64,000 bases of DNA, taken from the NCBI RefSeq assembly GCF_054482595.1, contig NZ_CM137008.1. One strand, written 5' to 3'. The position numbers and the translations under genes are program-made. The notes below the pieces were generated by a model. The model was not told where the DNA came from. It did not search any database and was given only the letters and a program-made list of their open reading frames with translations. This document shows positions 14,075-25,265 of this stretch, one piece after another (the stretch's first letter is position 1; every line of letters starts with the position of its first letter).

Positions 14075-16819
14075 GTGAATTTAACCCTGACCCGAAGACT
14101 CTGGATGGGCTTTGCCCTGATGGCACTGTTAACCCTGACCAGTACCCTGGTGGGATGGTACAACCTGCGCTTTATCAGCCAGGTGGAAAAAGACAATACT
14201 CAGGCATTGATTCCTACCATGAATATGGCGCGCCAGTTGAGCGAAGCCAGCGCCTGGGAACTTTTCGCCGCGCAGAACCTGACCAGTGCCGATAACGAAA
14301 AGATGTGGCAGGCGCAGGGGCGAATGCTCACCGCACAAAGCCTGAAGATTAATGCGTTGCTGCAAGCGTTACGGGAACAAGGTTTTGATACCACCGCTAT
14401 TGAACAACAGGAGCAGGAGATCTCCCGTTCGTTACGTCAGCAAGGGGAACTGGTGGGGCAGCGTTTGCAACTGCGCCAGCAACAACAGCGACTCAGTCAG
14501 CAGATAGTCGCTGCCGCCGATGAGATCGCACGCCTGGCGCAAGGTCAGGCGAATAATGCGACAACTTCCGCTGGAGCGACCCAGGCCGGGATTTACGATT
14601 TGATCGAACAAGATCAGCGTCAGGCTGCTGAAAGTGCACTCGACCGGCTGATTGATATCGATCTTGAGTATGTTAACCAGATGAATGAACTGCGCCTTAG
14701 CGCCCTGCGGGTGCAGCAAATGGTGATGAATCTGGGGCTGGAACAGATCCAGAAAAATGCGCCAACGCTGGAAAGGCAGCTCAATAATGCGGTGAAAATT
14801 CTGCAACGTCGGCAAATACGCATTGAAGATCCGGGAGTTCGTGCGCAGGTCGCAACAACGTTAACTACCGTTAGCCAATATAGCGATCTGTTGGCGCTGT
14901 TCCAGCAGGACAGTGAAATCAGCAATCACCTGCAAACTCTCGCCCAAAATAATATCGCCCAGTTCGCGCAGTTTAGTAGCGAAGTCAGTCAGCTGGTCGA
15001 CACCATTGAGCTGCGCAATCAGCATGGACTGGCGCATCTGGAAAAAGCCAGTGCACGCGGGCAATACAGCCTGTTATTGCTGGGGATGGTTTCACTTTGC
15101 GCACTGATTCTGATCCTCTGGCGCGTGGTTTATCGCTCAGTCACGCGTCCACTTGCCGAACAAACGCAGGCGCTGCAACGGCTGCTGGACGGTGATATTG
15201 ACTCCCCTTTTCCGGAAACCGCTGGCGTACGGGAGCTGGATACCATCGGGCGGCTGATGGATGCGTTTCGCAGCAGTGTTCATGCACTGAATCGCCACCG
15301 CGAACAGCTGGCGGCGCAGGTCAAAGCACGTACAGCTGAATTGCAGGAACTGGTGATAGAACACCGACAGGCACGGGCGGAAGCAGAAAAAGCCAGCCAG
15401 GCAAAATCGGCGTTTCTGGCGGCGATGAGCCATGAGATCCGCACACCGCTGTACGGTATTCTCGGCACCGCACAGCTACTGGCAGATAACCCCACACTTA
15501 ACGCCCAGCGTGATGATTTGCGGGCAATTACTGACTCTGGTGAATCGTTGCTGACCATCCTCAACGATATTCTCGATTATTCGGCTATCGAAGCAGGTGG
15601 CAAGAATGTTTCGGTCAGCGATGAGCCCTTTGAACCGCGCCCGCTGCTGGAAAGTACCCTGCAATTAATGAGCGGACGGGTGAAAGGTCGCCCGATTCGC
15701 CTGGCAACGGCAATTGCCGATGATGTACCGAGCGCGTTAATGGGCGATCCGCGGCGTATTCGTCAGGTCATTACCAACCTGTTGAGCAACGCCCTGCGTT
15801 TTACTGACGAAGGGCAGATCGTTTTACGTAGCCGTACTGATGGTGAGCAATGGCTGGTCGAAGTGGAAGACAGCGGCTGCGGTATTGATCCCGCGAAACT
15901 GGCAGAAATCTTCCAGCCATTTATTCAGGTAAGTGGCAAACGCGGCGGCACCGGGCTGGGGCTGACTATCAGTAGCCGTCTGGCCCAGGCGATGGGCGGC
16001 GAACTGAGCGCCACCAGCACGCTGGAGGTTGGAAGCTGTTTTTGTTTACGCTTGCCGTTACGTGTTGCCACAGCACCCGCGCCAAAAACAGCCAATCAGG
16101 CGGTGCGTCTGGACGGTTTACGTTTGCTGTTAATTGAAGATAACCCGCTAACCCAGCGAATTACCGTTGAGATGCTGAACACCAGTGGTGCGCAGGTTGT
16201 TGCTATTGGCAATGCCGCGCAGGCTTTAGAGACACTGCAAAATAGCGAACCGTTTGCTGCCGCACTGGTGGATTTTGATCTGCCGGATATCGACGGCATT
16301 ACCCTTGCCCGGCAACTGGCACAGCAATATCCGTCGCTGGTTTTGATTGGCTTTAGCGCTCATGTCATTGACGAAACGCTGCGCCAGCGTACCAGTTCAC
16401 TATTTCGCGGGATTATCCCTAAACCGGTGCCGCGTGAAGTGCTCGGTCAGTTACTGGCGCACTATCTCCACCTGCAAGTCAATAACGATCTACCACTTGA
16501 TGTATCGCAACTCAATGAAGATGCTCAATTAATGGGGACGGAGAAGATCCACGAATGGCTGGCATTATTTAAACAACATGCCCTGCCGCTTCTCGATGAA
16601 ATCGACATTGCCCGCGCCAGCCAGGACAGCGAGAAAATAAAGCGTGCCGCGCATCAGCTAAAAAGCAGTTGCTCGAGTCTGGGAATGCGTAGCGCCAGTC
16701 AGCTATGCGCACAACTGGAGCAGCAGCCATTATCTGCCCCCCTTCCACACGAAGAAATTACACGCAGTGTTGCCGCTCTGGAAGCATGGTTGAATAAGAA
16801 AGACCTGAACGCGATTTGA
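14075..16819 (+). CDS. torS: TMAO sensor hybrid histidine kinase TorS (914 aa), GTG start
   Basis: Full-length match to E. coli TorS as recalled (HAMP, HisKA/HATPase, receiver, HPt domains). Confidence 0.95.
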   Translation: MNLTLTRRLWMGFALMALLTLTSTLVGWYNLRFISQVEKDNTQALIPTMNMARQLSEASAWELFAAQNLTSADNEKMWQAQGRMLTAQSLKINALLQALREQGFDTTAIEQQEQEISRSLRQQGELVGQRLQLRQQQQRLSQQIVAAADEIARLAQGQANNATTSAGATQAGIYDLIEQDQRQAAESALDRLIDIDLEYVNQMNELRLSALRVQQMVMNLGLEQIQKNAPTLERQLNNAVKILQRRQIRIEDPGVRAQVATTLTTVSQYSDLLALFQQDSEISNHLQTLAQNNIAQFAQFSSEVSQLVDTIELRNQHGLAHLEKASARGQYSLLLLGMVSLCALILILWRVVYRSVTRPLAEQTQALQRLLDGDIDSPFPETAGVRELDTIGRLMDAFRSSVHALNRHREQLAAQVKARTAELQELVIEHRQARAEAEKASQAKSAFLAAMSHEIRTPLYGILGTAQLLADNPTLNAQRDDLRAITDSGESLLTILNDILDYSAIEAGGKNVSVSDEPFEPRPLLESTLQLMSGRVKGRPIRLATAIADDVPSALMGDPRRIRQVITNLLSNALRFTDEGQIVLRSRTDGEQWLVEVEDSGCGIDPAKLAEIFQPFIQVSGKRGGTGLGLTISSRLAQAMGGELSATSTLEVGSCFCLRLPLRVATAPAPKTANQAVRLDGLRLLLIEDNPLTQRITVEMLNTSGAQVVAIGNAAQALETLQNSEPFAAALVDFDLPDIDGITLARQLAQQYPSLVLIGFSAHVIDETLRQRTSSLFRGIIPKPVPREVLGQLLAHYLHLQVNNDLPLDVSQLNEDAQLMGTEKIHEWLALFKQHALPLLDEIDIARASQDSEKIKRAAHQLKSSCSSLGMRSASQLCAQLEQQPLSAPLPHEEITRSVAALEAWLNKKDLNAI

Positions 16820-16890
16820 ATCAATATCAGCCAGTTAAGAATAACTAGAATAGTGGCATTTGGTATGCAACTTAACGGACTGGCAAAATC

Positions 16891-17964
16891 ATGGCAGAGA
16901 AAAAAAGAACCCGCTGGCAGCGGCGGCCAGGCACGACGGGCGGCAAATTACCGTGGAATGACTGGCGCAATGCCACGACCTGGCGTAAAGCGACGCAATT
17001 CTTACTATTGGCAATGAATATTTATATTGCCATCACGTTCTGGTATTGGGTGCGCTATTACGAAACGGCAGGTAGTACGACATTTCTCGCCAGACCGGGA
17101 GGTATCGAAGGCTGGCTACCGATTGCCGGTCTGATGAATCTGAAATATAGCCTTGCAACAGGTCAGTTACCGTCCGTCCACGCCGCCGCGATGCTGTTAT
17201 TGGTCGCTTTTATCGTCATCAGTCTATTACTCAAAAAGGCCTTTTGCTCATGGTTATGCCCGGTTGGTACGCTTTCTGAATTAATCGGCGATCTCGGTAA
17301 CAAACTGTTTGGTCGGCAATGTGTCCTTCCCCGCTGGCTGGATATTCCTCTGCGCGGCGTGAAGTATTTGCTGTTGAGTTTTTTTCTCTATATCGCGTTA
17401 TTGATGCCCGCTCAGGCGATTCACTATTTTATGTTGTCGCCCTACAGCGTGGTGATGGACGTAAAAATGCTCGATTTCTTTCGTCATATGGGGACCGCGA
17501 CATTAATCAGCGTGAACGTTTTGCTGATTACCAGCCTGTTTATTCGCCATGCCTGGTGTCGTTATCTTTGCCCATATGGCGCGCTGATGGGCGTGGTTTC
17601 GCTATTATCGCCGTTTAAGATTCGTCGCAATGCCGAAAGTTGTATCGATTGTGGCAAATGCGCAAAAAATTGCCCATCACGGATCCCGGTCGATAAATTA
17701 ATTCAGGTACGAACAGTGGAATGTACCGGCTGTATGACTTGCGTAGAGTCATGTCCGGTAGCCTCAACATTGACCTTTTCACTGCAAAAACCTGCGGCAA
17801 ATAAAAAAGCCTTTGCGTTGTCTGGCTGGTTAATGACGCTACTGGTTCTGGGGATTATGTTTACGGTGATTGGTTACGCAATGTATGCAGGAGTATGGCA
17901 AAGCCCGGTGCCGGAGGAATTGTACCGACGCTTAATTCCGCAAGCGCCAATGATTGGTCACTAA
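16891..17964 (+). CDS. yccM: YccM, membrane 4Fe-4S ferredoxin-type protein (357 aa)
   Basis: Cys motifs CxxCxxCxxxCP; TM segments; conserved position next to torS. Confidence 0.9.
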   Translation: MAEKKRTRWQRRPGTTGGKLPWNDWRNATTWRKATQFLLLAMNIYIAITFWYWVRYYETAGSTTFLARPGGIEGWLPIAGLMNLKYSLATGQLPSVHAAAMLLLVAFIVISLLLKKAFCSWLCPVGTLSELIGDLGNKLFGRQCVLPRWLDIPLRGVKYLLLSFFLYIALLMPAQAIHYFMLSPYSVVMDVKMLDFFRHMGTATLISVNVLLITSLFIRHAWCRYLCPYGALMGVVSLLSPFKIRRNAESCIDCGKCAKNCPSRIPVDKLIQVRTVECTGCMTCVESCPVASTLTFSLQKPAANKKAFALSGWLMTLLVLGIMFTVIGYAMYAGVWQSPVPEELYRRLIPQAPMIGH

Positions 17965-17978
17965 ATTAGCAACAAGCG

Positions 17979-18008
17979 GAACATCACCTCGCACGGGGTG
18001 ATGTTCAC
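17979..18008. terminator. Bidirectional hairpin between convergent yccM and gnsA
   Basis: Inverted repeat AACATCACC...GGTGATGTT between the two stops. Confidence 0.5.
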
Positions 18009-18012
18009 AAAA

Positions 18013-18186
18013 TCACATTATTTTGATTTTGACATCATAACTTTCAAGCCCGGTCATTTTTTCTCGCGCGGTGAAGCGAATTTCAGAGACTTCTTTCCCT
18101 GTATTCTTGTTCAGCTCGGCGATTTTTTGCGCGATAAAGTCGGCGATTTCCGTTTCGGCTTGTTTTTTTAACTCTTCAATATTCAC
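18013..18186 (-). CDS. gnsA: GnsA (57 aa), GTG start
   Basis: Reverse translation MNIEELKKQAETEIADFIAQKIAELNKNTGKEVSEIRFTAREKMTGLESYDVKIKIM. Confidence 0.85.
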   Translation of the reverse strand: MNIEELKKQAETEIADFIAQKIAELNKNTGKEVSEIRFTAREKMTGLESYDVKIKIM

Positions 18187-18406
18187 TGTTAACCTCTTCT
18201 GGTCTTAAAAGACAGCAACACGCCAGTAAGGTGTTGGTTCCCGGTACCCTGGTCAGGTAAGAAATGTTATAAGCCATCTCCCCGAAAGATTCAATAATCA
18301 ACAGGTTATCGCTTACTATACATACAGCGTTGAAGAAAAATAAGGCAGATATAAAAAAGGCTCCACGAGGGAGCCTGATATTATTTTGTGAAATCCAGCG
18401 GCGCAT
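18176..18406 (-). CDS. ymcE: YmcE (76 aa)
   Basis: Internal Met of ORF 18176-18439 gives MRRWISQNNIRLPRGAFFISALFFF... matching K-12 YmcE. Confidence 0.8.
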   Translation of the reverse strand: MRRWISQNNIRLPRGAFFISALFFFNAVCIVSDNLLIIESFGEMAYNISYLTRVPGTNTLLACCCLLRPEEVNSEY

Positions 18407-18579
18407 GGTCAGTGCGTATTTGCAGCGCGACGTTATCAAAGGTGATCATCGTCGATTTACAAAAAATACACTTAGCGCCCAAAGGGTTTCGCTCCGTCAC
18501 ATCGAATGCCGATGTGCGGTACTGTGAACCATGACAACATGGACAGCGGAAATGGAGATGTTGAGTAATAACGGCAACC

Positions 18580-18792
18580 TTAGAGCGTAACAACGTTCGC
18601 TGCCGCGGGGCCACGTTGCCCCTGCTCAATAGAAAATTCAACTTTCTGATTTTCGTTCAGCGTGCGGAATTCATTGCTCTGGATGGCGGTGAAATGGACG
18701 AAAACGTCTTTGCTGCCATCATCAGGAGTGATAAAGCCAAAACCTTTATCTGCGTTAAACCATTTTACTAAACCAGTCATTTTATTAGACAT
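18580..18792 (-). CDS. cspG: Cold shock protein CspG (70 aa)
   Basis: CSD protein [23 protein letters not shown]...; conserved neighbourhood. Confidence 0.9.
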   Translation of the reverse strand: MSNKMTGLVKWFNADKGFGFITPDDGSKDVFVHFTAIQSNEFRTLNENQKVEFSIEQGQRGPAAANVVTL

Positions 18793-19077
18793 ATTTTACT
18801 TCCTTCATTTTGGGCCTTTCGGCAAACAGGGCTTTAATACAGAAACTACTTAGTGTTCAGGAGAGAGACTCAAAAGAAGGGGATAATGCCTGATAATGAG
18901 AACTGCTTTAGTAAACTACTTTGTATGCTGTCTGTCTTTCCAACCGACGCAGCTATTAACGCATGATAATTGAGATTAAGCAAATTTTATTTTAGCCGTC
19001 CGGCGGTCTTAAATATCGCTGGCTTTATTTTATTAACCCCGTATAGTGCAGCGCAGTATTTTCAGTAAGGAATTTGT

Positions 19078-19290
19078 TTGTCCCGTAAAATGACAGGAAT
19101 TGTCAAAACCTTTGATCGCAAAAGCGGCAAAGGATTCATTATCCCCTCCGACGGTCGTAAAGAAGTTCAGGTCCATATTTCCGCATTCACTCCCCGCGAC
19201 GCAGAAGTGCTTATACCAGGATTACGCGTGGAATTTTGCCGCGTAAATGGCCTGCGAGGACCAACAGCGGCAAATGTTTATCTCTCTTAA
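19078..19290 (+). CDS. cspH: Cold shock-like protein CspH (70 aa)
   Basis: CSD protein [23 protein letters not shown]... Confidence 0.9.
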
Positions 19291-19731
19291 TATGACGCTG
19301 CTTGTTTAAAGCTGACTGGTTTTATTGGCATAGTTCAATAGTCAACACCATGTATTATAACACAAGTTACTTTTTCACCGGAAAACTAATCCATTTGACC
19401 GAATATCTCTACAACTAATAGTTATAAATGCCACTTAACAGCGAGTTATAGTACCACTTGAAACTATATTGCCAACAATAGTTAATAGCTTTCTTAACAA
19501 TTTTCTTATCTTTAATTTGTATTTTGCTAAGATTTATCTTATGCTCACAAGTCGTATTTCCAGAGGGGAATAGTTAACAATCTTATATTTCCCTCTGCGC
19601 GCCTTTCTCACCCGCTGTATATAGTGCAAGTGGTATGAGGAAAGGGAGATTTCACAAGGATGTTATACTCAAAGTAGACAATCCTGATCTCAAGCGTACG
19701 TATTGTCCATGCGATGAATAAAGGAAAAGTT

Positions 19732-20037
19732 ATGAAACACAAGCTTTCTGCAATCCTTATGGCCTTCATGTTGACGACGCCAGCTGCGTTTGCTGCCCCT
19801 GAAGCAGCAAACGGGACCGAGGCAACGACGGGTACTACTGGCACCACAACGACCACTACCGGTGCAACCACGACGGCTGCTACCACTGGTGGCGTGGCTG
19901 CTGGCGCTGTCGGCACGGCGACAGTTGTCGGTGTGGCAACGGCTGTTGGTGTGGCGACGTTGGCAGTAGTTGCAGCAAATGACAGTGGCGATGGCGGTTC
20001 TCATAACACCTCAACCACCACGTCCACTACGCGCTAA
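19732..20037 (+). CDS. gfcA: GfcA (YmcD), Thr-rich secreted protein (101 aa)
   Basis: MKHKLSAILMAFMLTTPAAFA signal peptide then Thr/Gly/Ala/Val low-complexity region; ORF-track start 19714 is an upstream in-frame Met. Confidence 0.85.
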   Translation: MKHKLSAILMAFMLTTPAAFAAPEAANGTEATTGTTGTTTTTTGATTTAATTGGVAAGAVGTATVVGVATAVGVATLAVVAANDSGDGGSHNTSTTTSTTR

Positions 20038-20143
20038 TTCTGCTTAAACGCGTCGAAATTAAAGTTAAATAATACCCGGTTGCGATATTCGTACCGGGCT
20101 TTAGAGATTTGCATTTTTTTAATTAACCTTTCAAGGATTAAAG

Positions 20144-20788
20144 GTGCGCCCTCTTATTTTATCGATTTTCGCACTATTTCTTGCGGGATGTACGCACAGC
20201 CAGCAAAGTATGGTCGATACATTTCGCGCCAGCCTTTTCGATAATCAGGATATCACCGTAGCGGATCAGCAGATCCAGGCGTTGCCTTATTCCACGATGT
20301 ATTTACGCCTTAATGAAGGGCAACGAATCTTTGTGGTACTGGGATATATAGAACAAGAACAAAGCAAATGGTTATCCCAGGATAACGCCATGCTGGTTAC
20401 CCACAATGGACGTCTTTTAAAGACCGTCAAACTTAATAATAATCTGCTGGAAGTGACAAATTCCGGGCAGGACCCTCTGCGTAACGCGCTGGCAATAAAA
20501 GACGGCAGCCGCTGGACGCGCGATATTCTCTGGAGTGAAGACAACCATTTTCGCTCTGCGACCCTGAGTTCCACTTTTTCCTTTGCTGGATTAGAGACGC
20601 TGCATATTGCGGGTCGCGATGTGCTGTGTAATGTCTGGCAGGAAGAGGTGACTTCCACGCTGCCAGAAAAACAGTGGCAAAACACATTCTGGGTCGATTC
20701 GGCTACTGGCCAGGTTCGTCAAAGTCGGCAAATGTTAGGCGCAGGGGTTATTCCCGTAGAAATGACGTTTCTTAAACCCGCACCATGA
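20144..20788 (+). CDS. gfcB: GfcB (YmcC) lipoprotein (214 aa)
   Basis: Lipobox LAGC; operon position. Confidence 0.9.
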   Translation: MRPLILSIFALFLAGCTHSQQSMVDTFRASLFDNQDITVADQQIQALPYSTMYLRLNEGQRIFVVLGYIEQEQSKWLSQDNAMLVTHNGRLLKTVKLNNNLLEVTNSGQDPLRNALAIKDGSRWTRDILWSEDNHFRSATLSSTFSFAGLETLHIAGRDVLCNVWQEEVTSTLPEKQWQNTFWVDSATGQVRQSRQMLGAGVIPVEMTFLKPAP

Positions 20789-21531
20789 ATAAATTACAGT
20801 CGTATTTCATTGCCAGCGTACTTTACGTAATGACACCCCATGCCTTTGCGCAAGGAACGGTGACTATTTATCTGCCTGGCGAACAACAGACACTTTCCGT
20901 TGGCCCCGTGGAGAATGTTGCCCAGTTGGTGACACAACCGCAACTGCGCGATCGCCTCTGGTGGCCTGGTGCCCTGCTGACCGACTCCGCGGTGAAAGCT
21001 AAAGCGCTTAAAGACTACCAACATGTCATGGCACAGCTTGCTTCCTGGGAAGCAGAAGCTGACGACGATGTGGCGGCAACGATTAAATCCGTGCGCCAGC
21101 AGTTACTCAATCTCAATATTACTGGTCGCTTACCGGTCAAACTGGACCCTGATTTTGTACGAGTGGATGAGAACAGCAATCCCCCGCTGGTCGGGAACTA
21201 TACGCTCTATACCGTACAGCGCCCGGTGACTATTACTCTTCTGGGTGCGGTTTCTGGGGCTGGGCAATTGCCCTGGCAGGCAGGCCGTAGCGTTACCGAT
21301 TATCTGCAAGATCACCCCCGTCTTGCAGGCGCGGACAAGAATAACGTTATCGTGATTACGCCTGAGGGTGAGACTGTCGTCGCCCCTGTTGCCCTGTGGA
21401 ATAAAAGACATGTGGAACCACCGCCTGGCAGCCAGCTTTGGTTAGGCTTTTCTGCGCATGTACTGCCCGAAAAATATGCTGATTTAAATGACCAGATTGT
21501 GTCTGTTTTAACGCAACGTGTTCCTGACTGA
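20785..21531 (+). CDS. gfcC: GfcC (YmcB) (248 aa)
   Basis: Signal peptide; operon position; overlapping stop/start. Confidence 0.9.
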   Translation: MNKLQSYFIASVLYVMTPHAFAQGTVTIYLPGEQQTLSVGPVENVAQLVTQPQLRDRLWWPGALLTDSAVKAKALKDYQHVMAQLASWEAEADDDVAATIKSVRQQLLNLNITGRLPVKLDPDFVRVDENSNPPLVGNYTLYTVQRPVTITLLGAVSGAGQLPWQAGRSVTDYLQDHPRLAGADKNNVIVITPEGETVVAPVALWNKRHVEPPPGSQLWLGFSAHVLPEKYADLNDQIVSVLTQRVPD

Positions 21532-23627
21532 TGAAGAAGAATTCTTATCTTTTAAGCTGCCTGGCCATTGCCGTCTCCAGTGCCTGTCATGCTGAAGTAT
21601 TAACCTACCCGGATCCGCTGGGTTCGTCGCAATCGGACTTTGGCGGCACAGGATTGTTGCAGATGCCAAATGCGCGCATCGCACCGGAAGGTGAATTCAG
21701 CGTCAACTACCGGGATAACGATCAATACCGTTTCTACTCCACCTCCGTGGCGCTGTTCCCATGGCTGGAAGGCACCATTCGTTATACGGATGTGCGCACA
21801 CGTAAATATAGCCAGTGGGAAGATTTCAGCGGCGATCAGTCATACAAAGACAAATCATTCGATTTTAAACTTCGCCTGTGGGAAGAAGGTTACTGGCTAC
21901 CGCAAGTGGCGTTTGGTAAACGTGATATTGCTGGTACGGGTCTGTTTGACGGTGAGTATCTGGTGGCCAGCAAGCAAGCGGGGCCATTTGATTTCACCCT
22001 CGGGATGGCATGGGGCTACGCCGGTAATGCAGGCAATATTACCAACCCGTTTTGCCGGGTGAGCGATAAATATTGTCATCGCGCAGAGTCTCACGATGCG
22101 GGCGATATCAGCTTTAGCGATATCTTTCGTGGCCCAGCCTCCATCTTTGGCGGCATTGAGTATCAAACGCCGTGGAATCCCCTGCGTCTGAAACTCGAAT
22201 ACGACGGCAACAATTACCAGAATGATTTCGCTGGCAAACTGCCTCAGGCAAGCCATTTCAACGTCGGTGCAGTTTATCGCGCTGCCAGCTGGGCAGACCT
22301 CAACCTGAGTTATGAACGCGGTAACACGTTGATGTTTGGTTTCACTTTACGGACCAATTTCAACGATCTGCGCCCTGCCCTGCGCGATACGCCAAAACCG
22401 GCATATCAACCTGCGCCTGAATCTGAAGGATTGCAGTACACCACGGTAGCAAACCAACTTACCGCCCTGAAGTATAACGCGGGCTTTGACGCGCCAGAAA
22501 TTCAGCTACGCGATAAGACGCTGTATATGTCTGGTCAGCAATACAAATACCGTGACTCTCGTGAAGCGGTCGATCGTGCCAACCGGATTCTGGTGAATAA
22601 CCTGCCGCAAGGCGTTGAGAAGATTAGCGTGACGCAAAAGCGCGAGCATATGGCGATGGTGACTACCGAAACCGACGTAGCCAGCCTGCGCAAACAGCTG
22701 GCAGGTACAGCGCCTGGTCAATCAGAGCCACTGCAACAACAACGTGTTGAAGCTGAAGATCTTTCTGCCTTTGGTCGGGGCTACCGTATTCGTGAAGATC
22801 GCTTTAGCTACTCTTTCAACCCAACACTTTCACAGTCGCTGGGCGGCCCGGAAGATTTCTATATGTTCCAGCTGGGGCTGATGTCCAGCGCCCGCTACTG
22901 GTTTACCGACCACCTGCTGCTTGATGGCGGTATTTTCACCAATATTTACAACAACTACGACAAGTTTAAGTCTTCACTGTTGCCCGCGGACTCTACCCTG
23001 CCCCGCGTGCGCACGCATATCCGTGATTACGTTCGCAATGACGTTTATCTCAACAACTTGCAGGCGAATTACTTTGCCGACTTAGGCAATGGTTTCTATG
23101 GCCAGGTGTATGGCGGTTATCTGGAAACGATGTACGCCGGTGTCGGTTCCGAGCTGCTTTATCGCCCGCTAGATGCCAGCTGGGCGCTGGGTGTGGACGT
23201 TAACTACGTGAAGCAGCGTGACTGGGACAACATGATGCGCTTCACCGATTATTCCACGCCAACTGGTTTCGTGACGGCTTACTGGAACCCGCCGACGCTC
23301 AATGGCGTACTGATGAAACTTAGCGTTGGGCAATATCTGGCAAAAGATAAAGGGGCAACGATCGACGTCGCCAAACGCTTTGACAGCGGCGTGGCGGTAG
23401 GGGTATGGGCGGCAATCAGTAACGTATCTAAAGATGACTACGGCGAAGGCGGCTTTAGTAAAGGTTTTTATATCTCGATTCCGTTCGACTTGATGACCAT
23501 TGGACCTAACCGCAACCGCGCGGTGGTTTCGTGGACACCATTGACGCGTGATGGTGGACAAATGCTGTCACGCAAATACCAGCTCTATCCAATGACGGCA
23601 GAGCGAGAAGTACCGGTTGGACAATAA
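21531..23627 (+). CDS. gfcD: GfcD (YmcA) outer membrane beta-barrel lipoprotein (698 aa)
   Basis: Size, signal peptide, operon position. Confidence 0.9.
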   Translation: MKKNSYLLSCLAIAVSSACHAEVLTYPDPLGSSQSDFGGTGLLQMPNARIAPEGEFSVNYRDNDQYRFYSTSVALFPWLEGTIRYTDVRTRKYSQWEDFSGDQSYKDKSFDFKLRLWEEGYWLPQVAFGKRDIAGTGLFDGEYLVASKQAGPFDFTLGMAWGYAGNAGNITNPFCRVSDKYCHRAESHDAGDISFSDIFRGPASIFGGIEYQTPWNPLRLKLEYDGNNYQNDFAGKLPQASHFNVGAVYRAASWADLNLSYERGNTLMFGFTLRTNFNDLRPALRDTPKPAYQPAPESEGLQYTTVANQLTALKYNAGFDAPEIQLRDKTLYMSGQQYKYRDSREAVDRANRILVNNLPQGVEKISVTQKREHMAMVTTETDVASLRKQLAGTAPGQSEPLQQQRVEAEDLSAFGRGYRIREDRFSYSFNPTLSQSLGGPEDFYMFQLGLMSSARYWFTDHLLLDGGIFTNIYNNYDKFKSSLLPADSTLPRVRTHIRDYVRNDVYLNNLQANYFADLGNGFYGQVYGGYLETMYAGVGSELLYRPLDASWALGVDVNYVKQRDWDNMMRFTDYSTPTGFVTAYWNPPTLNGVLMKLSVGQYLAKDKGATIDVAKRFDSGVAVGVWAAISNVSKDDYGEGGFSKGFYISIPFDLMTIGPNRNRAVVSWTPLTRDGGQMLSRKYQLYPMTAEREVPVGQ

Positions 23628-23672
23628 CCTGACGTAATTCATAACATTACATTGACTGATAAATATAAACCA

Positions 23673-24812
23673 ATGAAAAAGAACATTTTTAAGTTTTCGG
23701 TACTGACATTGGCTGTTCTGTCTTTGACAGCATGTACCCTTGTTCCTGGTCAGAATTTATCGACCAGTAACAAGGATGTCATTGAACTACCTGACAATCA
23801 GTATGACCTGGACAAAATGGTCAATATCTATCCCGTCACGCCAGGATTGATTGATCAGTTGCGCGCCAAACCGATTATGTCGCAGGCTAACCCGGAGCTG
23901 GAGCAGCAAATCGCGAACTATGAATATCGTATCGGCATTGGTGATGTGTTGATGGTTACGGTCTGGGATCACCCGGAACTAACCACCCCCGCAGGGCAAT
24001 ACCGTAGCGCCAGTGATACCGGCAACTGGGTTAACGCCGATGGTGCGATTTTCTACCCCTATATTGGTCGCCTGAAAGTGGCCGGGAAAACACTTACCCA
24101 GGTACGCAACGAGATTACAGCGCGTCTGGATTCAGTCATTGAAAGCCCGCAGGTCGATGTCAGCGTCGCGGCGTTCCGATCGCAAAAAGCGTACGTCACC
24201 GGCGAAGTCAGCAAATCGGGTCAGCAGCCGATTACCAATATTCCTCTGACCATCATGGATGCGATTAACGCCGCAGGCGGTCTGACCGCAGATGCAGACT
24301 GGCGCAATGTGGTGCTCACCCAGAATGGCGTAAAGACCAAAGTGAACCTCTATGCGCTGATGCAGCGTGGCGACTTGCGCCAGAACAAACTGCTGCACCC
24401 GGGAGATATTTTATTTATTCCGCGCAACGATGATCTGAAAGTCTTCGTGATGGGTGAAGTGGGTAAACAGAGCACGCTGAAAATGGACCGCAGCGGTATG
24501 ACCCTGGCGGAAGCGCTGGGTAACGCTGAGGGTATGAATCAGGATGTCGCTGATGCGACGGGGATTTTTGTTATTCGTGCAACGCAAAACAAGCAGAATG
24601 GCAAAATCGCCAATATTTATCAGCTGAATGCGAAGGACGCATCGGCAATGATACTCGGAACGGAATTCCAGCTTGAACCTTACGACATTGTTTATGTCAC
24701 TACCGCGCCTCTGGCTCGTTGGAACCGTGTGATTTCTCTGCTGGTACCGACGATTTCCGGGGTGCATGACCTGACAGAGACTTCACGGTGGATTCAAACA
24801 TGGCCCAACTAA
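23673..24812 (+). CDS. gfcE: GfcE (YccZ), Wza-like polysaccharide export lipoprotein (379 aa)
   Basis: Start at [21 protein letters not shown] (lipobox); Wza-like. Confidence 0.9.
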
Positions 24813-25246
24813 AATTTAACTCAATCCTGGTGGTTTGTACCGGCAACATTTGCCGTTCGCCCATTGGCGAGCGCTTGCTGCGTAAACGTCTGCCGGGCGT
24901 AAAAGTCAAATCGGCAGGTGTTCATGGTCTGGTAAAACACCCTGCAGATGCGACAGCGGCAGATGTTGCCGCTAATCATGGCGTATCTCTTGAAGGACAT
25001 GCCGGACGTAAGCTCACTGCTGAGATGGCACGAAATTACGATCTGATTCTGGCAATGGAGTCGGAACATATTGCTCAGGTTACCGCAATCGCTCCCGAGG
25101 TCCGCGGGAAGACAATGCTGTTTGGGCAATGGCTGGAACAGAAAGAGATCCCGGATCCCTATCGTAAAAGTCAGGACGCATTTGAACATGTCTACGGTAT
25201 GTTGGAGCGCGCCAGTCAGGAATGGGCGAAGCGCCTCAGCCGGTAA
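24800..25246 (+). CDS. etp: Etp, low-molecular-weight protein-tyrosine phosphatase (148 aa)
   Basis: CTGNICRS P-loop motif; start at [16 protein letters not shown]. Confidence 0.9.
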
Positions 25247-25265
25247 TTTGAGTTTATAAAATACG

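Noticed and set aside
19291-19713. Possible IS1 or other insertion sequence between cspH and gfcA
   Set aside because: No transposase ORF or terminal inverted repeats; region is plain AT-rich intergenic DNA.
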